NCBI GenBank assembly: GCA_965208105.1
Contig: OZ242318.1
Coordinates: 3,744,001-3,808,000, forward strand
Reading direction: 5' to 3'
Origin: Candidatus Latescibacterota bacterium
Lineage (GTDB): Bacteria; Latescibacterota; UBA2968; UBA8231
Length of the DNA: 64,000 bases
A model generated the notes under the pieces. The model saw nothing but the letters and a program-made list of their open reading frames with translations. It did no database searches and was not told the DNA's origin. Position numbers and translations under genes: made by a program. This document shows positions 51,540-60,671 of the stretch, piece by piece (position 1 is the first letter of the stretch; each line of letters opens with the position of its first letter).

Positions 51540-51626
51540 TCAGAACACGCGCAGTGGGGCCAGCGGATTATTATTGCCGGAATTGGCCTGGTTGTTGCAG
51601 GTGCGGTCTTTCTGACGGGTAAGCAT
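51540..51626 (-). CDS. Leader peptide 1: MLTRQKDRTCNNQANSGNNNPLAPLRVF
   Basis: 6 Asn in 28 aa; GCGTGTTC (51543-51550) complementary to GAACACGC within terminator 1. Confidence 0.78.
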   Translation of the reverse strand: MLTRQKDRTCNNQANSGNNNPLAPLRVF

Positions 51627-51634
51627 GATGGACA

Positions 51635-51662
51635 AAGATAGCGCCCCGCCGAAATCTGTCAA
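51635..51662 (-). promoter_or_regulatory. Sigma70 promoter of the aspS leader
   Basis: TTGACA-16 nt-TATCTT, 8 nt before the leader 1 ATG. Confidence 0.65.
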
Positions 51663-51832
51663 GCAGGGGAAGGGCAAGCCGTTGGGACAGGCAGAGGGAG
51701 GGGCGATGTGGTCGAACTCCTCCCGGGCCGGACCCCGGAGAAATCCAGTGCGGATCATGCCGGTCCGCTTTTCTACCGGGTTGATGTCCATGCCGCAGTT
51801 TCACAATTGCCGGGCGACACACCAGGGATCTG

Positions 51833-53440
51833 TCACTCTCCATCTGCACCGCCATAGCGCACCGAGAGCTGTATGCAGTCCAGCGCCGCCGCCGTTTCGC
51901 CCCGACGCTGCAGCAGCACCTCGACCTCGTTTTCGCCTCTTCTGACCTGCTCGGGCTGCAGGGGGCATTCCAGCCAATAGCCGGCCGGCTCCGCCTGCAA
52001 TGGAGCGTCGGGCCTCAGGTCCTCCAGCACAGCATTGTTGAGTTTCACCTGTATCCCGTCGTTTTCCACGATGTCCCACAGATGCAGGCGAAAGCGGAGT
52101 TCGGCGGTGGTCCCCGGGCCCAGGTCTTCGCCAACCTGAAAGTGGGTCTGAAAGGGAGCGTCCGGCTGCAATGCGACCTCGCGTATCTGGTCGAAGCTCG
52201 AGTCGCCGCGGAAATTTTCGACGCCGAAGATCTTGTCCTTGTTGGCCATGGATTCAGGATCGCCGATCTCCCGCCACACCTCGGGGCTGGCGAAAAAGCC
52301 GTTGAAGGTGTAGATGCCGTCGGCTCCGGCGTTGAACAGATTGGTGGCGGCGGCGCGCCACGTCGCCATGGTCCCCTTCCACTCGTTGATCAATCCCGTG
52401 GCGGACACGCCCTGTTGGCGCACGGAGTCGAGCCAGGCATCGTAGGTCCGGTGCCGGCCCTGGGAGTAGCCCAGGTAGGCCCAGTGGTTCCAGAAACCCC
52501 AGTTGGTGGAGGGATATACCGGCACCCCGTGGCGGTGCCCCATCTCGATGATGGGCGCGAAGGACTCGGCCAGATTCGACTCGCTGCCGCCGCCGGCGAT
52601 GAGCAGATCGACCAGGTCTTCCTCCAGCCATTTCTCCAGGTCCACGCCGATGAAGCGGGCGTCGGCAACCTTGAACGGCGCCCGCACCGCAAGCAGCAGC
52701 GGCCGCCCTCGCTGCGCCCCCCTTTCGGCGGCCAGGCGGGCGACGCGGCGCACCAGGTCCGTCATCATGTCCAGGTGCCGGGGCTCCACCGGCAGGCTCT
52801 CCCGGGTCGGACGGAAAAAGGGGAAGTGGCGGAAGAAGTCCAGCTCCATGCCGTCGACGTCGTAGTTGCGCGCCACCTCCTCGATGATCGAGAAGATGTG
52901 CTCCCTTACCTCGGGGAAGCTGAAGTCGAGGCAGGTCCACTTGGTCTTTTCAGTGCCCTCGTACTTGTCCCAGTCGCCCGGTTCGCCCATGAGGAATTCG
53001 GGGTGGTCGCGCTTGAAGGGCGCCAGGCCATAGGTCCAGCGCCGCGTCCCCATGGGATGGGCGTCGTGGCAGTCGTTCATGCGCAGGGACCAGAACGCCT
53101 CCATGTTGTTGTCGTGGCTGAAGTCGGTCTGAATCTGCAGGCTGTCGCGCCCGTAGCGCTCCACCAGCTCCAGCGGGATGCCTTCGCCGTGGAATCCCCC
53201 CAGCCGGGTGCGGTGCGAGAAGCGCACCCCCGCCATGCAGCTGCAGTACCAGTTGCTATCCACCTGGGTCCCCACCAGCGGCCTGGTGCGGGCGTCGAGA
53301 AAGTCGTCCATCAGCTCCCGGTCGGTGCGCAGGGTCAGGTTGTCGCCGCTCTTCTTCTCGGTGGCGATTACGTCGTCGCCGTCGTTGTTGTAGATGATGC
53401 GCCGCCGGCGCCAGCGCGCAGCTCTGCGGGTCTCGTCCAT
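51833..53440 (-). CDS. Glycoside-hydrolase-like TIM-barrel protein (GHL10-like)
   Basis: RRIIYNNDG, SLRMNDCH, LDFSFPEVR, YDVDGMELDFFRH, GADGIYTFN. Confidence 0.72.
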   Translation of the reverse strand: MDETRRAARWRRRRIIYNNDGDDVIATEKKSGDNLTLRTDRELMDDFLDARTRPLVGTQVDSNWYCSCMAGVRFSHRTRLGGFHGEGIPLELVERYGRDSLQIQTDFSHDNNMEAFWSLRMNDCHDAHPMGTRRWTYGLAPFKRDHPEFLMGEPGDWDKYEGTEKTKWTCLDFSFPEVREHIFSIIEEVARNYDVDGMELDFFRHFPFFRPTRESLPVEPRHLDMMTDLVRRVARLAAERGAQRGRPLLLAVRAPFKVADARFIGVDLEKWLEEDLVDLLIAGGGSESNLAESFAPIIEMGHRHGVPVYPSTNWGFWNHWAYLGYSQGRHRTYDAWLDSVRQQGVSATGLINEWKGTMATWRAAATNLFNAGADGIYTFNGFFASPEVWREIGDPESMANKDKIFGVENFRGDSSFDQIREVALQPDAPFQTHFQVGEDLGPGTTAELRFRLHLWDIVENDGIQVKLNNAVLEDLRPDAPLQAEPAGYWLECPLQPEQVRRGENEVEVLLQRRGETAAALDCIQLSVRYGGADGE

Positions 53441-53514
53441 CTTTTCCTTCCTTCCCGGCGGATTTTTTGCGCTCCACCGCCGGACCCGGGGGTGGGAAAG
53501 TAGATCCCTATGCT

Positions 53515-53680
53515 TAGTGTCCCGTCGCAGAAATATGTCGCCATTTTTCCACCGATCCATCCCGGCTCACGGCGTTGCCTTTACTCGCCGTACACCACTG
53601 GTACGACTCGCTCAGGCGCCTTGTGAGCCGGGCGCCTCGGCGGCCCAATTGCGTCAACCTATCTCTGCGACGGGACACTA
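53515..53680. mobile_element. MITE, 166 bp, 21-bp terminal inverted repeats, probably IS630-type
   Basis: TAGTGTCCCGTCGCAGAAATA ... TATCTCTGCGACGGGACACTA (20/21 match); TA at both ends in (C/T)TAG context. Confidence 0.82.
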
Positions 53681-54628
53681 GTCGGTCTCTTCTTCCACCT
53701 GGCGGATGAGTCTCCTGAGGTTGGCGCAGTTGATGCGCATGGCGTCCACGTTCGTGCCCCCGGGAGGGGTGAAGTGGGTCGCCAGGGAGAGAAATACGTC
53801 GCAGTCGTGGTCGCGCAGGTTGCGCAGCACGGTGAGGTAGTCGGTGTCGCCCTCGCCCAGGGGGCAGTATTCGAAATCCAGGCTGAGGCCGTCGTTGATG
53901 CGCAGGTCCTTGAGGTGCAGACCGTAGATATAGGGCCGCACGTTTTGGAAGCCGGCGGTGGCCACGTCCAACTCGCCGCAGTTGGTGTTGTCCGCCGGTC
54001 CCCACATCACCTTGATGCGGCGGGAGCCGACGCGCTCGGCCACGCGGCGAAAGTTGGCGGTGGTGTTGGTGTAGTTCCACGGCATCATGGACACCGCCAC
54101 GTCCACCCCATGGCGCTCGGCCTCCTCGGCCACCAGGGAGAAGGCCTTGGTCAGCTTGTCCATGTCGGTGTCGGTGATGACCCCGCCGCGGGTGAGCCAG
54201 CGCATGGGCCAGGTGGGCTTGTCGGGTATCTCCCCGGGCCACAGGAAGGAGAACACGTTGACGGCGCCGACGCCGAGATAGGCGGCGACCTCCATGGTGC
54301 GCACCAGCTCGTCGAAGTCGCGGCGGAAGGTGGGGTGCTCCTCCAGGGTGTCCAGCGTGACCTCGGTCAGGTGGATTCCCTTGAAGTGGGGACGGTTCAG
54401 GAGCAGGAAGAACTCCTGGCCGCGCGCCGCCAGGCTGGCCTGCATGGCGTCGATCTCGGCGGCGCTCATCTCCACCAGGGCCTTGTCCTTCTTCAGGCCG
54501 CTGACTTCGCCGTTGCACATGTACCACAGGTACTTGACTTCGAGCTCGGCGGCCAGGTCAAGGGCTTCCTCGAAGGGCAGTTGGGGCTCGGTGAGAAACA
54601 TGCCGAGTTTGAATTTGTGTTTGCTCAT
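53678..54628 (-). CDS. Sugar-phosphate isomerase/epimerase (xylose-isomerase-like TIM barrel)
   Basis: WGPADN, LHLKD, PLGEGDTDY. Confidence 0.8.
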   Translation of the reverse strand: MSKHKFKLGMFLTEPQLPFEEALDLAAELEVKYLWYMCNGEVSGLKKDKALVEMSAAEIDAMQASLAARGQEFFLLLNRPHFKGIHLTEVTLDTLEEHPTFRRDFDELVRTMEVAAYLGVGAVNVFSFLWPGEIPDKPTWPMRWLTRGGVITDTDMDKLTKAFSLVAEEAERHGVDVAVSMMPWNYTNTTANFRRVAERVGSRRIKVMWGPADNTNCGELDVATAGFQNVRPYIYGLHLKDLRINDGLSLDFEYCPLGEGDTDYLTVLRNLRDHDCDVFLSLATHFTPPGGTNVDAMRINCANLRRLIRQVEEETD

Positions 54629-54680
54629 GACAGGCTTTCCATGGTGAGGTGGATGGATGGATGACAGGGTTGGCGCAGGC

Positions 54681-56774
54681 TTATCTGCTTTCCTCCGGGC
54701 GGGGACCCACGTCGCCGAGATCGATGGGCTTGAAGCCGAGGGCCCAGGCCGGTGAATCGCTTTCCAGGGTGAAGTCGAAGGCGGACAGGTCGCGGCATTT
54801 GGGATCGGCGATGACCGAGTGGATATCGTAGCCCATGGCCTGCCAGCCTTCCATGTCGTACTCGGTCTGGGGCAGCCCGTGCGGAGCGCTGCCGCATAGC
54901 AGGGGCGTTCCCCCCGATACGTCCCAGAAGAGATTCAGGTCGGTGCTGATGGCCTTGTGCTCCACGTGCCAGCGCCGGCCGCCGGTGTAGAATGGCCTGC
55001 CGTCGGTGATCACCAGGTTGCGCTCGAAGGTGAAGGCGTTGTGGTCCTCGCCGCGGCCGAGGCGGGCCTGGGCCTCGCGGCCGAAGGCGAAGATGTTGTT
55101 GCGCACGATGTTCTCCCGGCCGTAGTGCTGCACGAAGGCCTGGCTGCTGCAGTTGTAGCTGATGTTGTTTTCCACGATGATGTGCGAGGTCCCCTCGTCG
55201 AGGTAGATGCCCCAGCCGCCGTAGACAGATTTCTCCACGTCGTGCACCAGGTTGCCCCTCACCACGGTTCCCGGCTGCACCCCCAGGATGTAGATGCCGC
55301 CCATGTCGCTGAGGACGCCGTGGCCTATGTCGTGGATGTGGTTCTTCTCGATGAGGTTGTCCTTGGCGACGTGCACCCCGTAGCCCCAGCTCCAGCCGCA
55401 GTTGATGCCGCTGTAGAAGAAATCGTGGATGTGGTTGTGTGCGATGACGGTGCCGAAGCAGTCCATGCAGTGCACCCCCAGGGCGGCGTGGAAGACGTGG
55501 CCGCCGTCGCCGATGTGGTTGTCGGTGATGCGGTTGCCGCCGCTGCGCCGCGGCGGCGGCACGTCGGAGTTGGGATATCCGCGGGACTCGGCCTTGATGC
55601 CGCCCGCTCCCAGGTCCACGATGGTGTTGCCCACCAGGTGGTTGCCGCAGCTGCCGGCGGTGAGCTCGATGCCGTACCAGCCGATGTTCCGGATCCTGCA
55701 GTTTTCGACCCTGCAGTAGCGCGCCCCGGAAAAGGAGATCGCTCCGGGCACGTGGCAGGCTCCCTGGGGGGCGCTGCCGTAGTCCAGCTCGGGCCGGTAG
55801 TGGGGCACCCAGCGCTCGCCTCCCCCCGGAGGAAGGGTGCATTCGGTGTGTTCGAAGCCGAGCCCTGCGAAGTGGAGATGCTCGACGTACTGCTCGTCGT
55901 CGGGGTCGCCCTCGAGGCGGAGCAGCTGCTCGATCACCGGGGCGAAGAACTCGGATTCCTCCAGGGTTTCGCCGGGCAGAGGGATGTAGCAGAGCTCGCC
56001 GGTCGGGCGGTCCAGGTACCATTCCCCCTCCTCGCTCAGGGCGTCCTTGACGTTGTCCACGTAGTACTTGGGGGCCTCGCTGTCGGCGGCGTCGCCCGGG
56101 TCAAGGGGAAAGATGCAGTAGCGCGAGGACTGCACCAGGCCGGTCCGCGGATCGAAGGAGGTGACCGGCAGGCGCTCTTCCACCCAGCGGTGCATGGCCA
56201 CGACCTCCACGTCGCCCATGTTCTCCCATTCCTCTATGTCCCCTTCGTGGCAGATGAAGTTCCCCTCCCCGCCCCAGTACTCGGGCGCGAAGGAGTGGGT
56301 CGGAGGCACGCCCTTCACCCGGTAGCGTCCCTCCTTGGGCAGGCGCGGGCGCCGCCGCCTCTCGCCGTTGACGAAAAGCTGGCGGAAGTACCAGCGCCCC
56401 GCCGCCACGTCGGCGATCTCGGTTACCCACACCGTCCTGCCCCGGCGCTCCTCGGCGCGCCAGCCTTCTATCGCCGCGCCGCCGTCGAGAATGGGCTGCT
56501 CGCCCGGATAGGCGGCGTAGGTGGTGGGCCAGGAGTCCGCCGGCGTAAAGGTGATGGTCTTTCGCACCAGGTAGCGGCCGCCGCGCACCAGGACGGTGGC
56601 GTTGCCCGAAAGTTCGCCGGCCTCCTTGCGCTCGCGCAGGACCTGCTGCGCCGCTTCGATGGTCGCCAGTGGTCCGTCGCTGCCCTCGGGGTTGGGCTCG
56701 GGCAGGGTTCCGCTCCAGGTGTTGTCGCCCCTGGTCGAAACGTAGAGGTCGGCGGCAGTCTCGTGGTTCATCAT
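54681..56774 (-). CDS. Right-handed parallel beta-helix protein (GH141-like)
   Basis: LYVSTRGDNTWSG...GPLATIEAA, RQLFVNG, GEWYLD, LSDMGGIY, GWGIYLDEGT. Confidence 0.82.
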   Translation of the reverse strand: MMNHETAADLYVSTRGDNTWSGTLPEPNPEGSDGPLATIEAAQQVLRERKEAGELSGNATVLVRGGRYLVRKTITFTPADSWPTTYAAYPGEQPILDGGAAIEGWRAEERRGRTVWVTEIADVAAGRWYFRQLFVNGERRRRPRLPKEGRYRVKGVPPTHSFAPEYWGGEGNFICHEGDIEEWENMGDVEVVAMHRWVEERLPVTSFDPRTGLVQSSRYCIFPLDPGDAADSEAPKYYVDNVKDALSEEGEWYLDRPTGELCYIPLPGETLEESEFFAPVIEQLLRLEGDPDDEQYVEHLHFAGLGFEHTECTLPPGGGERWVPHYRPELDYGSAPQGACHVPGAISFSGARYCRVENCRIRNIGWYGIELTAGSCGNHLVGNTIVDLGAGGIKAESRGYPNSDVPPPRRSGGNRITDNHIGDGGHVFHAALGVHCMDCFGTVIAHNHIHDFFYSGINCGWSWGYGVHVAKDNLIEKNHIHDIGHGVLSDMGGIYILGVQPGTVVRGNLVHDVEKSVYGGWGIYLDEGTSHIIVENNISYNCSSQAFVQHYGRENIVRNNIFAFGREAQARLGRGEDHNAFTFERNLVITDGRPFYTGGRRWHVEHKAISTDLNLFWDVSGGTPLLCGSAPHGLPQTEYDMEGWQAMGYDIHSVIADPKCRDLSAFDFTLESDSPAWALGFKPIDLGDVGPRPEESR

Positions 56775-56808
56775 CGGGTTCCTTCCTCGGCAATCGGGAA
56801 ATTCGGCC

Positions 56809-57765
56809 TCAGTCTTCGCGCAGGCCGGCGCGAATGGCCTCGACCAGCTCGACGCTCTTGGCCCCTTCCTCCAGGTTTGCCGCCGGCAGCTCCACCGGGC
56901 GGTCCTCGACCAGGCAATCGACGAAGTAGCGCAGCTCCTCCTCGGTGCCGCCGGTCTCCGATGGAGGCAGCTCGCTGGTCTTGCCGTCGCGGTAGATCAA
57001 TCCGGTCTTCACCCCCTCGAGGAAGACCGAGATGTCGCGCCCGTGGATCTCGTAGCGCTCCAGGCGGTAGCCGGTGGTGTAGTTGAAGGCGAAGTTGGCG
57101 ACGCAGTTGTTCTCGAAGACGACGAGGGCGGCGTGGAGGTCCCTGTACTCCGAGAATGCCCGGCGGCCGAAGCTGTGCAGCTCCTTGACTTCGGCACCGG
57201 CCAGGGCGCGAACGATGTCCACGGCGTGGATATCGTTGGCCATCATCCAGTTGTCCATGACCTCGGGGACGTAGCGCACGCGGGATTTTCCCAGCATGGT
57301 CATGCTCTTGTGAAACTCCCCCACCAGTTGCACGATGGGACCGCGCTCCTCGACCATCTCCCGCGCCCTGGTGATCATGGGGTGGAAGCGCCGGTTGAGA
57401 CCCACCATGCCCTTGGCGCCTGTCTTCTGCGCCGCGGCGCACAGGGCCCTGGCTTCGTCCGGTTTCATGCCCGGCGGCTTCTCCAGGAAGGTGTGGACCC
57501 CATGCTCGAGGCAAACCTGGGAAACCGGCGCGTTGAGCTGCGGCGGGGTGGCGACGAATACCGCGTCGAGCTCTTCGCCGTCGAGCAGTTCCTCCACCCG
57601 GGAATAGCGCCGGGAGATGTTGTAGCGGTCGCCCGCTTCGTCGCGGGCGGCGGCCGCCGGGTCGCATACGGCGACCAGCTCCACCTCCTCGAATTCGTTC
57701 AGGATGCTCATGTGCTGCAGGCCCTTGGGGCCCGTGCCGACCTCGGCTGCGCGCAGTCGCGACAT
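56809..57765 (-). CDS. Gfo/Idh/MocA oxidoreductase
   Basis: VAVCD, FLEKPPG, VGLNRRF, DIHAVD. Confidence 0.9.
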   Translation of the reverse strand: MSRLRAAEVGTGPKGLQHMSILNEFEEVELVAVCDPAAAARDEAGDRYNISRRYSRVEELLDGEELDAVFVATPPQLNAPVSQVCLEHGVHTFLEKPPGMKPDEARALCAAAQKTGAKGMVGLNRRFHPMITRAREMVEERGPIVQLVGEFHKSMTMLGKSRVRYVPEVMDNWMMANDIHAVDIVRALAGAEVKELHSFGRRAFSEYRDLHAALVVFENNCVANFAFNYTTGYRLERYEIHGRDISVFLEGVKTGLIYRDGKTSELPPSETGGTEEELRYFVDCLVEDRPVELPAANLEEGAKSVELVEAIRAGLRED

Positions 57766-57831
57766 CTCAGTATTCCTTTCTACGGGTGAAAATTCGCCGG
57801 GAAATTACAGGGAAAATCCACGGATGCATGC

Positions 57832-58779
57832 CTACTCCCGCAGGCCCTGGAGAATCGCCTCGGCCAGCTCCATGGTCTTGATGGCCTCGTCCAGGTTGCA
57901 GGCGGGCAGCTCTATGGGGCGGTCCTCCCTGACGCAATCGAGAAAGTAGCGCTCCTCCTCCTGGGCTCCGTCGCCGGTGTTTTCCAGCTCGTGGCGCCTG
58001 CCGTCGCAGTACACCTCCCCGCGGTTCACGCCTTCGAGGTAGGCGGAGACGTCGCGGCCGTGGATTTCGTAGCGCTCGAGCCGGCCGCCGCTGGTCCAGT
58101 TGAAGACGAGATGGGCGAGACAGCCGTTGTCGAAGAGGACGAGGGCGCCGAAGACGTCCTTGTACTTGTGCAGGGCCCGGCGCACCACGCTGTGGACCTC
58201 GGCCACCTCCGCGCCCGCCATGGCGCGCACGATGTCCACCGAGTGGTTGATGGACTCCCACATCATGTGGTCGAGGAAGTCCTCGCCGTAGAGACCGGCC
58301 TCCTCGAACCGGGTCAGACTCTTGTGGAACTCGCCGACGAGCTGCACCACCGGTCCGCGCTCCCCGACCATCTCCCGGGCGCGCAGGATCATGGGATTGA
58401 GGCGGCGGTTCCACCCCACCATCCCGCGGGCGCCGGAGGCCGCGGCCGCGTCGCGCAGGGCGGTGGTCTCCGCCACGCTCATCCCCGGCGGTTTTTCCAC
58501 GAAGGTGTCCATGCCGCTCCGCAAACAGGGCAGGGCGACCGGTGCGTTGAGATAGGGTGGAGTGGTGACGAAGACGGCATCCAGGCCGCCGGCGTCCAGC
58601 AGCTCCTCCACCTCGGCGAAAAGGCGCTTCGCCCCGAACTGTGCGGCCGCCGCGCTGCGAGCCTCATCCACCGGGTCGCACACCGCGTTAATTTCCACGT
58701 CGTCGAAGCCCTGCAGGTCGCCCATGAGGCCGCGGCCCCGGCCCCCGGCCCCTACTACCCCTACTTGCAGACGGGACAT
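57832..58779 (-). CDS. Gfo/Idh/MocA oxidoreductase (tandem paralog)
   Basis: VVGAGGRG, FVEKPPG, VGWNRR, NHSVD; start at MSRLQV. Confidence 0.9.
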   Translation of the reverse strand: MSRLQVGVVGAGGRGRGLMGDLQGFDDVEINAVCDPVDEARSAAAAQFGAKRLFAEVEELLDAGGLDAVFVTTPPYLNAPVALPCLRSGMDTFVEKPPGMSVAETTALRDAAAASGARGMVGWNRRLNPMILRAREMVGERGPVVQLVGEFHKSLTRFEEAGLYGEDFLDHMMWESINHSVDIVRAMAGAEVAEVHSVVRRALHKYKDVFGALVLFDNGCLAHLVFNWTSGGRLERYEIHGRDVSAYLEGVNRGEVYCDGRRHELENTGDGAQEEERYFLDCVREDRPIELPACNLDEAIKTMELAEAILQGLRE

Positions 58780-58844
58780 TTCTTCCTCTCCATTTCTCGT
58801 TCCTTTCCGCTGGATGGACCTGATGCGCTCCAGGTCGAGGGTGC

Positions 58845-58873
58845 TTGACAGACAGTTGGGCGCAGTGTAAATC
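58845..58873 (+). promoter_or_regulatory. Possible sigma70 promoter for 59048-61679
   Basis: TTGACA-17 nt-TAAATC. Confidence 0.4.
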
Positions 58874-59047
58874 TTCTGGGTTTGTGAAGCTCCGCACAAT
58901 ATAAGGAAACTATTTCCAAAGGCGAAATATCCCGGGTATCGGCGCCGGGCCGGGTTCCCTCCACTCGTCCCCGGGCTGGACTTCGGCACCTGGTCCTGCC
59001 GGGAAGCCTCCATCGGAATCCCCTCTCCATACCCCAGGAGAAAAGCG

Positions 59048-60592
59048 ATGATCTCACCGATGCGCAACAGACGCCCGCCCTACGAGCTGCCCTCGAACAT
59101 CATCTACTTCTTCGATTGGCGCTACGTGCACCACGGCAGCCACTCCGGCTGGCTGACCGCCTCGGGGGAGCGCAAGCGCCTGTGGACCACGGACCCGGTG
59201 GAGCCGACCCTGCACCTTCCCGGCTATATGCCGACCGGCATCCGCCTGCGGGCGAAACCGGCGCGCAAGACCGAGGCCTTCCTGGTGCCCGAAGGAGACG
59301 AGGATTTCATCTGGTCAGGGGGGGTGGTGATCCACGAGGAGGGACGTTACCGCATGTGGTACGAGACGGCGGGCAAGGAGCACGTGAATCATCCCACCTA
59401 CCGCATGGGGGCTTTCGACTACCTGCGCTACGCCGAGTCCGACGACGGGGAAACCTGGCGCCGCCCATCCCTGGGGTTGCTGGAACGCAACGGCAGCAGG
59501 GACAACAACATCGTCTACGGCGTGCCCCTCATCGACCCCACCGGCCTGCACGGCGCCACCGTGTTCAACGACCCCTCCGCGCCGCCCGAAGAGCGTTACA
59601 AGATGTTCCACACCGGACAGATGGGCGGCGAGATGAAGGAGCGCTATCTGCGCGACCGCCCCGGCGAGCTCTGCGCCCAGTCGGTAATGGGCGACCGGCT
59701 GGAGGGATTCTTCGGCGCCGTTTCGCCGGACGGGCTGCACTGGACGCCGCTGCAGGACGCCCTGGTCTCCCAGGTCAGCGACACCCACAACGTCTGCGAG
59801 TACGATCCGGTCCTGGGGCAGTACGTGGCCTACTGCCGCAGCCACTACTTCAACAGGCGCAGCATCGGCCGCCTCGCCAGTCCCGATTTCACGCGCATGC
59901 CCCTGTCCGAGGAGGTGTTCTGGCCCAACGGCACCAACGAGCCCTACGACCTCTGGTACGGCAACGCCAAGACCACCATGCCCGGGACCATCGACTACCA
60001 CCTCATGTTTCCCCTGCGCTGGCGCCTGGTCGACGATACCTTCGCCTTTCTCCTGGCCGCGAGCCCCGACAATGTGGTATGGAGCCCGGTGCCCGGCGGA
60101 CCTGTCTGTCGACCGGGAGAGCCCGGGGAGCCGGACGCCGGCACGGTGGCCGCAGGGGTGGGCCTGGTGAATCTGCCCGGCGACCGCATGGGGGTCACGG
60201 TGGGGTGCAGCGCCCACGGCCACAAGCAGCAGCTGCGCCGGCGGCCGGACGCGAGCATCAAGTGGGCAACCTGGCCCAAAGGCCGCCTGGCCGCGCTGGA
60301 GGCTCCGGAGGAGGGCAACTTCCGCACCTTCCAGTTGACCATTCCCCAGCGCCGGGTCCACCTCAACTTCAAGACCGCCGCGGGGGGACAGGTGCAGGTG
60401 CAGGTGGCCGACTCCCGCTACAAGCCCTTGCCTGGCCGCGGATTCGACGACTGCGACTGGCTGATGGGAGACCAGTTGGACCGGGAGGTGAGCTGGAACG
60501 GCGAGGCGGACCTGGGCCACGAGGGCGATGGGCCCATATCTCTGGGGTTTCGCCTGCGTTGCGCCGAGCTCTACAGCGTCGAGTTCAAGTGA
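59048..60592 (+). CDS. Hypothetical beta-propeller GH-like protein; paralog of 8718-10313
   Basis: YAESDDGETW, AVSPDGLHW; shared DPSAPPEER and a similar C-terminal domain. Confidence 0.75.
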   Translation: MISPMRNRRPPYELPSNIIYFFDWRYVHHGSHSGWLTASGERKRLWTTDPVEPTLHLPGYMPTGIRLRAKPARKTEAFLVPEGDEDFIWSGGVVIHEEGRYRMWYETAGKEHVNHPTYRMGAFDYLRYAESDDGETWRRPSLGLLERNGSRDNNIVYGVPLIDPTGLHGATVFNDPSAPPEERYKMFHTGQMGGEMKERYLRDRPGELCAQSVMGDRLEGFFGAVSPDGLHWTPLQDALVSQVSDTHNVCEYDPVLGQYVAYCRSHYFNRRSIGRLASPDFTRMPLSEEVFWPNGTNEPYDLWYGNAKTTMPGTIDYHLMFPLRWRLVDDTFAFLLAASPDNVVWSPVPGGPVCRPGEPGEPDAGTVAAGVGLVNLPGDRMGVTVGCSAHGHKQQLRRRPDASIKWATWPKGRLAALEAPEEGNFRTFQLTIPQRRVHLNFKTAAGGQVQVQVADSRYKPLPGRGFDDCDWLMGDQLDREVSWNGEADLGHEGDGPISLGFRLRCAELYSVEFK

Positions 60593-60671
60593 ACGGGCCC
60601 TGAATTTCCAGGCGATGGAAGACAACGGAATCCGCCGCTGAAACCCGCGGCGCAAGAAAGGAGACAGGCTC

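Noticed and set aside
51300-51660. T-box riboswitch upstream of aspS
   Set aside because: No AGGGTGGNACCGCG T-box motif; leader peptides explain the structures better.
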